This document shows, in pieces, positions 14,001 through 27,799 of a stretch of DNA of 64,000 bases. The translations under genes were made by a program, and so were the position numbers. How positions within the stretch are numbered: the stretch's first letter is position 1; each line of letters opens with the position of its first letter. Location: assembly GCF_036321535.1 (NCBI RefSeq), contig NC_087438.1, positions 8,434,001 to 8,498,000 on the forward strand, read 5' to 3'. The notes beneath the pieces are model-generated. The model worked only from the letters and a program-made list of their open reading frames with translations, ran no database searches and was not told the origin of the DNA. The DNA is from Camelus dromedarius. Lineage: Eukaryota.

Positions 14001-17000
14001 CAATTATCCTGATATGTTAGACCATCAGACTCTACTCAGTGCACACTGCTGGGACAAAAAGACTGAGAGAGGTGTGCTAATGTGTCCACATCTGTTCGAG
14101 TCACTACTCAGAGGCCAGCAATACACTGTGTCAGCACAAATACTGGGTAACTGGGACTGGACCCCAAGTAGGGGCTTAGGGTGACCCTAGTAGTCACCTC
14201 TAAGCCATCTCGTCTCCAGTAGTAAACTTCTGGATTCCTTCCTACCAGGCGTAAAGTGATACTGTGTCATTATAAAGTCATAAATGCTTTCAAAAAAAAA
14301 GTAAATCCTAGCAACAAAAAGAATAGCAGCTTAGCTTTTCACACAGCTAAATAGTTTAAAAAATGAAATCATAAATGAGGGAAGTTAACAAGGTGAAAAT
14401 GTGATTTCTCATTCATTCTTTATGTGCACATTATCAAAAAGGTAAAATTTAAGCAAATACCCAGATACATCACATTATTGTGAATAAATAAGACACTTCA
14501 CTTGGTGAGGTTATTTTAAAATTCAATGTGAGGTATTATTGCTATTGAAATAGTCACATCATGATCATGCAGCTCCTAACTCTATCTAAAACTATTAAAT
14601 TTCATCCACTTATTCTCTTTCTACATATAATTCTTAACAGTTGTTATTTATTTAACTATCAATTAATTCACTCCACCAAAAACTGAAGCATCACAAGTTA
14701 TGAAGTTATAATGTACTAGTGTTGATGCTAGGAATTTTGTTATCAAATAAAAATTTTTGGAAAAGGCATAAAATGCATTTCACCAAATTCGCTTGTTAAC
14801 ACTTTCTTAATTTTCCCAACAATTTGAATGAACTAAGTGGACTCACTTCACTTCTATAAAACAGCCTGACAGCAATAAAACATCAGAATTCCTGGAATGA
14901 ATTTTACACAATCAATTCAACCTTCGTGGTTATGAAAGAAATGTATTACTCTTATTAGTCATATAATTAATGAAATAATGTCAATTTTCTTAATTGTAAC
15001 CACTGGGCAAAGAGCAGTTTCCATAAACCAGGCATGATCAAAGACCCTCCTCGAGAACAAATCAAAGAAGACAAATGCACTTTTCTGGGCATAATTCAAA
15101 TCATGCTCATATCCTTGAGATTTAAGTAGAACCACCTGGGGTTCCAGATCTCATTTTGTGAGCATCCCCACTGGCCCAAGATTTACGCAAACCTTAGGGC
15201 CTAACCTCCTTCTTGTCTTCTTTGGCTCTGAGCTCCTACTTCTACAGGAATGATCTCTGTCTTCTCTCATATACAACAACTGTCCCATGTGCTGAGCAAG
15301 ATGAGGAACACAACTTACTTTCTTTGATTTTCCCCAGACCCCTTGCTATCAGAGACTGGCCTGTGCTGGGACTTCTACATGCCTGTGGTTTCAGGGGATT
15401 TTAAATCACAGCAACGCACATGACCTGGTTATCAAGGGATGTGGACACATGCTTCTCTATTTCTTTACGAAGACTTTAATTAAGAAAAGTGAGAGAAGGA
15501 ACATTCTCCCAGAAAGCTGAAATTTAACATAGTTAAGTGTAACCAAAGAGCTTCAAAACACCTCCCACACTCTCCCTTCAACATTATATTTATAGACAAT
15601 CTCATGTAATAATCTGACAATAAGTAATACTTTAAAAGCTAATTTATTATGATTTTTTTTTCTCATCCAAACATCCTCTTCTCTCCGAATTCCCTAAGTA
15701 ACTAAAGAAACTCCATGAAACTTTTGGGTTTCATAAACTCATCCGAAGTTTGAGATTGCGTATATGTTTAATTGCCTAAGAAAGACCGTAGAAGAGCAAT
15801 TCACTAAGCTGATATATACTAATTAAGGAACATAGATTTCCATGAGATCATAATAAATTAATTAACATGTGTTTGTATAAGTTATGTTATAATTTGCATA
15901 CATTTCATCCTATGATAATCAACTAGATAATCAAATTTAGTTTTGAAGAGATGTTACATACCTTAACCAAAGCTATTCAATAAGAAAACACTAGGAAGAA
16001 TTTGACTCAAATCTACTGATGCCAAATATATTATTTTTCCCACTGTTCTAAATTTTAGCTCATACCCCATATCTATTTGGAAATAAGTCCTTAAAACAGG
16101 ATAACACACTTTATCTTCAGGAGCCACTACGAGCTTAATTTCTGCCATGGCAGAAGCCCTGAAAATTTAGCTTGTCCTTGAAACTGGAAGAAATGTTTTC
16201 AGCCCAGTAATTATGCCTTTCCCCCTAATTATCAAAGAAAATCAAATGTCTTAGCTTAAGTCTTTAACTGGACTTGCTATGGAGGCAACAGTTTCTAATG
16301 CTACATGATAGTAATTGGTCTGCTGACAGATACCAAATATTTAGAAATTATGAATATCTTAGACCACTCATTCAGATTATCTTTGCTTAATGCTAATAAT
16401 CAGGAATTCAGTATTTCTTTCTTTGAAATTATGGGAAGTCTAATTTTTTGGGGGGGGAGGGGTTAGGTAATGCTACAGCACACATCCTTCTCAACTTTCT
16501 TCATATCCTAGTATCCTAGAAGTTCCATATCCTAGTCAGAAAAAGAACAATGCTTTTTGAGCATCTCGTGGAAAAGCAATGGATGAAGCTGGCAGCAAAA
16601 GGCCCCACCCAGGGCTGCAGGGATCACTTACCAGCATGTTTATAGGCACCTATGCTGCATTTCTGGCTGCCACCCGCTGGCCAGAAGGTCTGCCGTTAAA
16701 CCTTGCTTGTTAGTGAACTTCCTGAAGAGACAGCAGGAACCAGTTGTATGTTTTGGTGATTTCCTAAATTTGTCATTTGCCAGCATCCTTGAGGACATTC
16801 CTCCCATTTTTGAAAATTATCACCTTTTGAACCCCTCCCCAAGGTAGACTTGCAATTAAACTGTCCATCATCCTTAGCAACATGAACCCCAAGCCTGACT
16901 ACTGGGACCTTCCAAATATTTCATGAGTTACCTATGTCTCTGAGTTATTCCTTTTCAGCTTAACATCACCTAAGTCTGCAAGTAAGAATCATGTCCAATA

Positions 17001-17414
17001 CAAAACTGAGACCTACCTACTCCAGATGTGGATCCTTTGTCCTAATTCTCTTAGTGGTACAACATTTGTCCAACAGACATTGACTCCTTCTTTTCCACCA
17101 CAAATATTTGGCAGCAGCTCTTACAGATCTCCTCCCCATCTTACCCCATCCCTCCCACCTTACCGCTGTAGTCTGCAAGACAAACATCATTGGCTCCTCC
17201 ATCTGAGACTCACATAACTTGCCTTCTGGCAGGAATACTGAGGCTTACAACAACTCATGTTTGGGAACTTACTTTGTCTACAGCGTAAATATACTGATAA
17301 ATATATCTTTTAATATAATATATAAATATTTTAAATGTATTATTGATCTGCCATAGGATTGTTTGGTGTACGTCCTCAGCCTCTGGTCTAGCAGTTCACT
17401 TCAAAAAGATGCCT

Positions 17415-18095
17415 CAGCCCATGAGGACAGCTATGATAAATTAGACAGACACGGAGAGGTATGGGCAAGGATGTGAAGCAACTGGAGCCCTAAAAGGTAC
17501 AGCCTCTTTGCAGAACAGTTTGGCAGTTTCTCAAAATGTTGAGCTTAGAGTCATCAGATGGCCAGCATTTCCATTTCTAGGTATTTTCTCAAGAGAAATA
17601 AAAACATATGTCCACACAAGACCTTATACACACCTACTCATAGCAACATTATCCCCTGTGACCAAAAAGTAGAAACAACCCAAAAGTCCAACAACAGATG
17701 AATGGGTAAGTGAAGTAAGATTTATCCATACAATGGAACATTATTTGGAAATAAAAAGGAATGAAATAACGATGCATACCACAACCTCGATGAACCTTAA
17801 AACATTATGAAAGGTAAGAGAAGCCAGTCACAAAAGACCATCTATTTATTATTTCATTTATACGAAATGGCCAGAATAAGAAAATCTGTAAAGACTGAAA
17901 GTTGTTTTCCTTGGGCTGTGAGGTTTGGGAGAATGAGTGACTATTAATAGGAACGAGATTTCTCATTGAGGGGACAAAAGCATTTCAAACTTAGATTGTG
18001 CTGATGGTTACACAATCCTGTAAATATACTGAAAACCACTGAAATGGGTGAACTGGATAGTATGTGAGTTATGTTTCAATAAGCTTACCTTTTAA
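17415..18095 (+). mobile_element. L1 (L1MB/MC-like) ORF2 C-terminal end plus 3' UTR, degraded
   Basis: aggatgtgaagcaactggagccc...aacagtttggcagtttctcaaaatgtt...gaaacaacccaaaagtccaacaacagatgaatgg...atccatacaatggaacattatt...agaagccagtcacaaaagacca...ctgaaaaccactgaa...tcaataagc. Confidence 0.85.
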
Positions 18096-18196
18096 AATTA
18101 TCTCAGGATGTACAGAAACGTAAGACTTACAAGTAGAGAAAAGTATAGGGATGGTCTAAGTATAGGGAGGGTTTTTATAAGCATGGAAAAACAAAT

Positions 18197-18670
18197 GGAT
18201 CAGTTACCTACTGCTATAAAGCAAACCACCTCAATACTTACTGGCTTAAAATTGCAATCGTTCATCTTGGTCATCAATCTCCAAGTGTTAATGGGATCAG
18301 CTGGGGCTACTTGACTGGGGACTCAACTGTAGATGGCTCTTTGGAAAGGTTGTCAATTTGGGGCTGGTGTCGGCTGAGAGTTGAGATGGTGCAAACTGAG
18401 CATCTTTCCACATAGCCCCCTCCACTTCATGGAGGCTGGTTTCTAAGAATGAGCACCCTAAGGGAACCAGAGAGGAAGCATACTCTTTTCCTGCTCTAGT
18501 CTTACAAGTCAGACAGTGTCACTTCCGCCGTAGTCTCAAAAGCCCACGTTAAGTGAAGGAGAGGGAACAGTGAGTCCATCCATCAATGGAAGAGTGTCAG
18601 ACTCACAACAGGAGAAGGTCACAAGAGATGCAGAATAACATTCTGGCCGCTTTTCAACAACACCAGCTGG
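18197..18670 (-). mobile_element. MaLR solo LTR (MLT1F/G/H-like)
   Basis: atcagttacctactgctataaagcaaaccacctcaatacttactggcttaaaa...tcagctggg...cagtgtcacttccgccg...aaggagagggaac...atggaagagtgtca. Confidence 0.7.
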
Positions 18671-19284
18671 CATAGTGAGTATTAGGGTGACTGCTGCTCA
18701 CCATGTGGCAACATTTACATAGGGTCCATGATTCTAACGAAAACTACCTGTTCCCTTCCAGTGTTCAGATTTTAGGTTTTAGTGGAGTGGCTTTTAGTGA
18801 ACAGCTTTTAAAACCATCTTCATTTTGTAGAGTTTTCTCCTGAGAAAACGCTGCAAGATAAACCCTCCAATGAGCTGACACAGGATTTGCTACAACAGCA
18901 ATTATAATTATTCAACAGAAATCCTTGTAACAATTTTATATGAAGACTCTACTTCCCATAACCTGTGGATAAGACTGAAATTATCCTTGTATGCAGTTGT
19001 GGAGAAGTTAAGATTTCCAAGTGTCCAGAAGCTTTCACACAAAGATGCTCATGATATATCTTGCACTAATACATTTAAAAAAGCCAACAATAACCAAAAA
19101 ACCCATATACATATGCAATACCTACAGTGTGCCACCATTAAACAAACATACAAATAAACAGCAACTACAGAAAAAGACATGTTTCAGCATCTGTGATAAT
19201 TAGAAGATTTTAATATGACAATATGTTGTTTCATCAAGTGCAAATAGGTGAGAAACCTCCCAAACACAAAGGAAATGAAAGATG

Positions 19285-19335
<51 letters not shown>
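19285..19335. repeat. (ATA)17 perfect trinucleotide microsatellite
   Basis: Read directly: 51 nt uninterrupted. It explains the poly-Ile and poly-Leu spurious ORFs. Confidence 0.95.
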
Positions 19336-20137
19336 GTTGGATTGCTCTGAGCTCTAGGGAAGAGTATGTTTTCAAAGAATAGTTTGAAGTTATTGAAAGA
19401 CATAGTCAACAAATATAAATTTGGTGTAACTGTATAGAAACAAGAGGAACTGGGTATTTGTATCTCTTTTATGTGTGAAGTGCTGGTTCATATACTAACA
19501 CGGGAGTTCATTTTTTTCTTTACTTTTAGCTGAAATAAGGCACATCAGTCTAGTTCAAGAACAAAAGATACTTGTCTATATATTTTATTAGTGAAGGATA
19601 TGTTTCAGTTAATAGGCCTCATTTTAAGCTGAAACTATCTCATTCCACCTGATTAAGTGACTTTCGATTGGGGTGTTTACAGAGGAAATTGCAATTTGGG
19701 GGCCTGGGATTCATCAAAGTGAATGGGCTATTCTGAAACAATACCCAGGTAGCCCACAGAGGAAGTGACAGATACAGTACAGCCATTAACATAAAGGGAA
19801 AAGGATATGATTGTTGTAACGGAGATGAGACCCTTGTGCCACACGACTAAACTAAGGCCTTTCATCACAATCAGACACAGCATTTCCTTTTGCACTACAG
19901 TCAAATAGGAAAACACAATGCTCCTTCGTAAACTCACACCCTCCACAAAATATACTGAACCTGTCCTCTGTGCCTGGCACTCACCTGGGGGCCGGTGACA
20001 CAACAGTGACCTGGTCACAACCTGATTCCACACATTGATCAATAAACCTAGATGTTTTTCAGAAAATAAGCACTATTATTAATTATCACTACTAGAAATA
20101 ATAGTAGTGTATATCTAGTACTAAAATGTTCATTTAT

Positions 20138-20363
20138 TGGGAGCTCGGGATTTGCAAATACTAACTACTACATATAAAAGAGATGATAAACAACAAGGTC
20201 CTACTGTACATACAGCACAGGGAACTATATTCAATACCTTGTCATAGCCTATAATGAAAAAGAATACATATAACATGTAAAACTGAATCACTGTGCCATA
20301 CACCAGAAACTAACACAACACTGTAAAATGACTAACCTCAGTAATAAAAAATATCTTAAAAGA
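20138..20363 (+). mobile_element. 5'-truncated cetartiodactyl-type L1 3' UTR with imperfect TSD
   Basis: gggatttgcaaatactaactacta...ataaacaacaaggtcctactgtac...agcacagggaactatattcaatacctt...ctgaatcactgtgccatacaccagaaactaacacaacactgtaaa...aataaaaaa. Flanked by taaaatgttcatttat (20122-20137) and taaaatgtttcatttat (20364-20380). Confidence 0.85.
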
Positions 20364-22429
20364 TAAAATGTTTCATTTATATTAAATCAAGTGACAACAG
20401 TGTAGGAAAGGTTTTCAGTATCAGGCGTCCATACAATCCAGAGAAGCTCCCAGTATGGTAACTTCTTATCTATACTCTCCCCAGAAAGGTGGGGTCATCT
20501 CATTACTGCAGCATTATTAAAATCACGTTCTTGGAAGGCATTACTGTGGAGAACTAGCTCCTCCTGATAGGAGCAGAGCTCCAAAAATGGTGAAATTTAT
20601 ACTCTAGATTGTTAATTTTAAGAATAAGCTGCCTCTGACTTTTGGCAGGTTTATAGCAGGCAACTTCAGGTCCCTGACAAGTGGCTGGAGTGAAGGGTAT
20701 TATTTAACGAAAGGGTCTGCATTAGCTGGCAGGTGGGCTGGCTACAGAAGCTGATCTTTCGTTTGGGTGGAGGGCTTCTCTGTTGTGGGGGTGGTGGGCG
20801 CGAGTGCTGGCCTGCAGAGATACAGTTGTCCTTCAAATCAACTGAAAATCAGCTGCAAATCAACTCAAACTTAAACACCCTTGGTTCATACCTCAGAGTT
20901 CTACCTCCCAGAACGCAAGAGATGGCCATGTCAAACGGGGCACGGACTTGCTTGCACTTGCCAACAACCATAGGAACGATCTTAGACGGACTTTTATGTA
21001 ACTTAGTTTTTCATCTTGAACATAACGTCTTCACCCAGCAGATCTTCCAGGATGTGTAATCCGCAACAGGCATCCCAGATAACTAAATCTACTGACCAGG
21101 TGACCAGAGCTATTTGGTATTCGTTACCTAAATGCTGAAGACCCCTTGTCAAACGTGATTTCGGTGTGTCTGTTTCGGTCTGGTTGATATTATGTCCTTT
21201 CCCCTGTTTATTAGGCAAGTAGATCAGCTGCTTCCAGAGGCGGGGAGTAGAATGTGAAAGTCAGAACCTGTCATTAGTGAAAAAGGAGGTGCTGGCTCTC
21301 ACTTTTCTAGGCAGCATTACTCTGGCCGGCTCCTTTAGAGCCCAGGGCATGAACCTGCCCCCTCCTCTAGTGACTGCAGCTGAATGACAGCAACCTGAAC
21401 AAGATCAATGGGTTGCCTGAGGCATGTTTACCTGTGTCGCTGATGCAAGACAGAGATAAGTGCATCCAAACCACTGGCTCTCAGAAGCAGGAATGTTCCA
21501 GGAAAGCAATTTTGTGGTACTTAACCCACATCTTCTCTACAGACATTAACTAACACGGGGCTGTGTACATTCATTGAATTGTTTGGAATCTTATTAACGA
21601 TCCCTTCCGATTCCAAAATCATGCTGCCGATCAAATTGATGTGAAATGACCCACCTCCCTTTTCCAACTTAAATAAGAGCAAGACAGGCAGGGACACCAG
21701 CAAAACCTTGGTCACAGAGAAAAACAAGCTAATGTCTCATTTCAATTCTCTAGCAGTTTCTGATACGGTAGTTAAACTGAGTATTTTTTAAAGTTTGAGT
21801 TTCTCTGGTCATAAATTGAAAATATGGAACAAAATAATCACTACAGGAAAAAAAAAGTCATTATTTAATTATATGTCTGATGAAATAAGTTTTCTATAGC
21901 GATTTGGAAAGAAATACATCATATGTATTGTACTAAAATATGTAAAATTGAAAGAAATTTAACAGCTGTCCTTTTAAAAACTGTTTCTGTTATTTTGAGA
22001 TATTATTTAACGTTGTTTCCCTGTCCTGTGGTAAGTCCTGTGTTTATCTTGCCCACTTCTACCATATTTGCTTCAGTTGCTCTGAATGCTAAACATGCTT
22101 TTCCCATTTACTCCCTCTAGAACATTCCATGTGTTTATTTCCTGTTGTGTCCAAACCACTGCACAGGGCACTGCCCATTAGACCCCAGGAGCTCCTGCTT
22201 CATGTGTCCTGCCTGTGGTTCTTATCAGTAATTAATTATGACATTGTTGCTCAGTGAGTTTGTAAGGGTCTTTAAACGCTGTCTCAAAATTTTGCTCCAG
22301 GCAGCCTCTGTCAAAGTAGACCCAGTGATTTATGCACGAGGAAGTACGACCTGTACTTTTTTTTTTTAATCTGAGAAAACTGAATCACCCTAAGAGCTCA
22401 ACTAAGATGGAAACGTTCAATGAAAGTAT

Positions 22430-22735
22430 AATATTAAATAATTCACTATATATATATTTATACAGCCATTCGAAAAATGTCTTAAAATAGTATTTAGTGA
22501 CATAAAAGATACTCTTGATATAATGTTAAATGTTAAAATAAAATATAAAGGTAAATAAAAATTTGTACAAATAATTAAGTAGTCATAGGAAATCTTACCA
22601 AATACTTGCAACGATCTCCAGCTGCAGTGTTATTCTCAAATAAAATCTGCATCTTTATTCCTTTCTGAGTTTTTTTTAAACTTTGCACAATGTGCATGAA
22701 TCATTTTACAAGGGAAAATTCATTAAAAAATATTA
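22430..22735 (+). mobile_element. Very old L1 (L1ME-like) 3' fragment
   Basis: tatacagccattcgaaaaatg...gtatttagtgacataaaagatactcttgatataatgttaaatg...acaatgtgcatgaatcattttac. Confidence 0.45.
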
Positions 22736-25359
22736 AAACATCGCATGTAAAACATTCAATGTGATTTCACATATTAATATTTAGTCATGAATCCTACTGA
22801 TAAACAGGAGACACTAAAAATGCACTATAATGTCATATTACAAACCCCACAAGCCTGCCTTCTAATTTTGCATAGAAAAGGTTCCTCCATTTTTATTTTT
22901 CCCATGATAGCCGTCAGTGTCCCCAAAAGTGAACAACTAAAACCTTCAAAGGGATAGAGCAGACAGCAAGTAAGCGAATTAATTCTTAGAATAGAGTCTG
23001 AGGCGTTATTAAAAAAGATGTGTCTTGTGATGAGTTACAAAGTAAAATGTGAAGGGAAAAATTAAGTTTGGGGAAAGCGTCAAAATAACTTACAGGCAAG
23101 AGCAGAATACACAAGAGGCAGCATGGCAGGGGGTGGAGTGGAGGAAGAGAAGGGGGTGCTCTGTCCTCACTTCCAGAATTATTCAGCCCTGACCAGAACT
23201 CCTAGCACTGATTCCCCAAGTCTTACACAGACAGCTTATGACCCTTGCTCTTCCTTGATCTCTAGTTTCAACCATCATTTTTGTGATGCAAACGATCCAT
23301 GATCCACAAAGAAACAAACTCACTTCAAACCCAGTGGGTCCCACCAGCCCGCTGCCACAGGACCATCCCTTTCCATCCTCCTGGGAACTTCGTTACTTTA
23401 CATATCCACCCCACGTTTGCTTCCCTTGCCCCGCGGAAGTCTAACACCCAGTCTGGTCATCATCTATCTCCACCTCCCAGCCTGTGTGCATGATATTTAC
23501 GCGGCTTTTTGCTTCTTGCTGACTCCGGCTCTGCTCTCACCCTGTTAAATACCATCCACCAGGACCCAGGTCTACAGATTCCTGCTTTGTGCTTTCCTAT
23601 CTTCATCCACATACTGAAACATTTCACTGCTCCTAACACAGTCCACGTTCTAGCAATGAAAATGGGGGGGAATTATGCTTTTTTTTTCCACTTTCAATCT
23701 CTATCTGGTTTCAAACAAGAAATACATTTTCAAATCATCAATCAATTCTCATTTTAATTTTGATACATAGAGAAAGTTCAACGTGAGGCACTATCATCTA
23801 ATTCTCTTCTCCCCTAACTAAACGAACGCAAGGCTCCCTAGTCTTGGCAGAGAATCCTTCTCTATCTTCTTGACCTTCCCTAAAGGTGTTTAAATTTCCT
23901 CTTTCTCATGGATGATAATTTTGTCATTACTTTCCTAAAATGCTTTCCCAAAATACAGTTTGGAAACCGATTAGTTACATAGGTCATTTTCCACGTTGTG
24001 TTACCAGAAACTATTGTTGCACATTGTGTAACACTAATAATACTGAAAGCTTCCACAGTGACATGTGGCACTGGGAAAATACCAATTAAAGGAGCATTTT
24101 ATAATGTCCTCCTTCCTAATAACATTCTTGTTATACAGCACTATGCAATTTTAAAATTATAACCGTAGATGGTTTATAAAAATAAAGGCATGCTGTCTTC
24201 ACACGAGTCAATGTAAATGATCCCAATTTTTTTAGATTTTATGTAAGATGAATCTTTTAAAATTCTTTTTAAATGTTTTCTTATTGTCTTCATATGATTC
24301 AAACACTGTACTATAGTTTTGCCCATAATGGGAGCTCAAAAATTCCTTTACTCCTATTTTCCTATATTAAGTATAATAACAAGAATGATTAATGGAAGAG
24401 AATTCTGTTTTACTACATCATTGATATCCTGAATAATAGTACTAAAAATTCCCTCTAAAATCAAGATTATAATTTCCAATCCTTGCAGAATTTATAGAAC
24501 AAGAGAAATTACTCTAGTAATAGAGTATCTAAGGTTATAAACACTATCAGTTTTCAGGAATGTTTTTATTAGTATAAATCATCTGGAGTTTTATAATAAA
24601 TTGACAGGAGAGTTTCCTTAAAATTTCACCTACAACTTCTGAATAATTTATAACTTTTCATACAGGTTTGTGCTATATTTTTAACTTCATTCCTAACTAC
24701 TTGCAAGCAAACTCCAAATCTGTGTATCTCCCAGGGGAAGCCCAGTTTAGACACATTTTAGATATATGACAATTACTATTGAATAAATGAAACAAAATGA
24801 CACATTTGCATATACAGTTATACACCCAGAGATTTCTATTTAATCTGTTCAATATTAAATGTACTTGGCTGGTAGAATCATTACAAAAAACCACATTTAT
24901 CTGAGCTATAATATTTTAGAAACATCAATGAACTCTATGAACTCTAAAGGTTTTAAAAGGTCGCCGTAACTTTCTAGCTCATGTAAGAAGATCCTTTAGA
25001 TGCCAAATTCGGAAGTACGTGATGATCAAATGAAAAAACATTGATCAACTAAAGGAAAAGAAATACATTTCAAAACAAGTATATTTTTAGGAAAGTCGTG
25101 GTTTTCTTAAGAGCAAAGCAGTACATATAGTGATTTCAGATAAAATACAAAGATCAGCATTACACAATGTGAGTGAATGTAAATTCTTGTCTAATAGTAC
25201 AGACCAACATGGTTTAACACTTCAAAAAAAAATGACAGCACGAAAAAAAGATCAGGATGGTTACTCTCAGGCGAATCATAAGCAATGTGCTTGAATTTCC
25301 TGCGGTCAGGAGGCCGCCTTGGGTCTCTCCTCTCTGGTAATGGGGGATTTGAGCCACTG

Positions 25360-26110
25360 CCCACTCTCTTGCTGCTGCCCTGTTCTCATCCTCAGGGCAA
25401 CTTTCGTAGTCAACTGCCAGCCCACTCTCTCCTTTCTTGATTTTATCTTATTTCCAGAGTCATCACCTAGGTCTCGACATTAGCAATAACTACTTTCAGA
25501 TTCTCAGTTTAAGCAGATGATTCTCATGCCGTCACCATCGGTAGTTATTCATTCTGTGACTCCATGGTCCCTACCCATGTTTCTGGGTTCTACCCCTTTT
25601 CACTCAGCATCTATTCCAAGATCCATCAGTATTATCACTTTCTTGCATCCATCATATCCAGTGCCTCCCCTTCCCCCTTGGCTCAGCCCAACTCTACACA
25701 GACCCCCAACCAGGCTCCAACTCAAAACAAGCTGCCTGTGCCCACCTGAGGACAGCCAAAGAGAAACACACACATTTCCAGAACCATGCCGGCAGCCTAC
25801 CTGCAACCATGCACTCTGCCTCCCTCCTGTTCTCCTGGATGAACTATCTCTGTTTCAAAAGCCATCTCCTCCGCTGGAGCACTGGATCCCCTCACTCTCA
25901 CAACCTGAAATGACACCTGATCTCTCAAGCATCAGTCACTTGTCCTCAAATGGGTCATTGCTATCATCACAGCAAGATTCCCCCGTCCTTAAAAATGAAT
26001 CGCTCCCTCAACCCTTCTCTTCCCTTGAGCTAACACATCATTTTGGCTCGTCTTTGTGATGGATGGTTATCAGTCTCCTCTCTCCATCATTTGTTCAAAT
26101 GACATGACCA
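25360..26110 (+). mobile_element. Degraded L2 internal fragment(s)
   Basis: Pyrimidine-rich stretch with L2-like motifs (ctccctcctgttctcctggatgaactatc, ctggatcccctc). It accounts for the Pro/Ser-rich 180-aa spurious ORF. Confidence 0.4.
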
Positions 26111-27799
26111 GAATAACCACAGGCCCAATCTCTGCGCCCTCTTCCTCTTCTGGTGAAGGACAGTCACGTCCAGGAGAGAAAGTGGGGACTGGATGCCTCC
26201 CTCTTAAGGGTTCCACAGGACGGGAGACTTTGTAACTGTTGGAAAAGAGACATGAGTCTGAAATACAGAAAATTACCCAAAGGGAAAGCATAAAGCATGG
26301 TTCTATTTATGTTCTTGTTAAAGTATAAAATACCCCAGTTTAAAAGCATTCAAGACGGGAAATTAGAACTAAGGAAAAAAAGTCAACGGACACCTTTCCA
26401 CTGAGCAATCCATGGCTGCCGTGTTCAAGCGCTTTGGGGCTCAGCTTACAAACGTCTCAGGCACACCAGACACTATGTGGGACGTGTTTCATGGTTCAGG
26501 ATTTGCCACAGCTGGCTGTAAACATAGAATTTATTTCTATGCAATGTCAACTATCAGCCTAAGAACTTGTGTTCTTAGTCTCATCAACAACTTACTCCAA
26601 GGAACTCCTATCAGACTGCGTTTTCTTTAGAGATGCATGTCCATTATCACCCTTTATTGTGATTTGCCTATAGAAGGTGCCCCGTATGTTTAATGACTGA
26701 GAAATTAAATGATATAACCTATTACACGGCAGTCAGCTCAGAAGGTATGCCTGCTATGATAAAAGAATCACTTCTTTCCTGCAGAACTGACCTCCAAGGA
26801 GCCAGGACTAGAGTGCACGTAAGTGTGATGCTGTAAAAATTTTTGCTTGAATCTAAATTAATAAATAGGATTTTTACTCAAGAAAAGTAGTTCTCATTAG
26901 CACCTAAAGAGGATCAGGGGCAAACTATATTCTTTAGGTGAAAGATTTATAAATGTATCATGCAGATAATTATTAAGAATCATAGACAGTATTAATTTTT
27001 AAAGTCACTTTTTCTTAATCTCAGCTAATTTAAAAAAATACATATTTAACTTAGTTTTAACTCCATAAAGGAGAATCTATACCCGAGAAAAAGTGGAGAA
27101 TAAAGTTTTAAGACTAATTTAGAACACAAATTTCCCAGTGAAGGAAGAGATCGGTAGCTGGGACGAGGCTACACCGAGGAAGTGCACGGACTCTGCTGCT
27201 TGTTGATTTCTGCCTTCAAACTGGCGACAACACACGTGGGCCCCGACACCCGCATCTCTGCTTTGAGCCTCGCACCTGCCCAATCTCAGCTTCCTAAGAC
27301 AGATTTTCATTCCTCCTCACATTCCCTATCTGCCACAAAGAATCTCACCTTTGCTATCCAAAGGATGATCAATGAATTTATTTTAATAATTGAAAAAAAA
27401 AAACTCTTCACAATAAGTTTCTATCAAATTCTCATCAAAGATTCTGTGGGGTCATTTTATTCACAGTAATGCATTTTTCCTTTAAGTAGCTTATCAACTC
27501 TCTCAACTCCAGACACCACTGTTTCAGCTGAAGGACTATTTCCTACGATCCAAACCCAACTAACATGTATTCCAGTCTCCCAATTATTTTTCCCATTTTT
27601 GCTACTTTCCTTCATCCTCTATGCCCTCTGTTCACTCTCACCTCTGTCTAATTGTAGACACATATGGTACCCAATCTAAAAGTTTGACTTATTTCCTTCT
27701 ACACTTTTCTAGAGGCTCAGAAAAATGTGCAAAGAAAAAACAGATTTACTACTTTGTTTTTTAAAAACAGGATAATACAATACTATGTCATTTCCTTTC

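Noticed and set aside
19979..20000. Minus-strand CAG|GTGAGT as a recursive-splice or cryptic-exon site (similar AG|GT junctions near 1691, 10720, 11966, 47177, 60550)
   Set aside because: Each lacks either a strong polypyrimidine tract/YAG or a strong donor. Such motifs are expected by chance in 64 kb; nascent RNA-seq sawtooth or junction reads would be needed.
25517..26059. 180-aa Pro/Ser/Leu-rich ORF
   Set aside because: The composition reflects a pyrimidine-rich degraded L2-like sequence; no recognisable protein.
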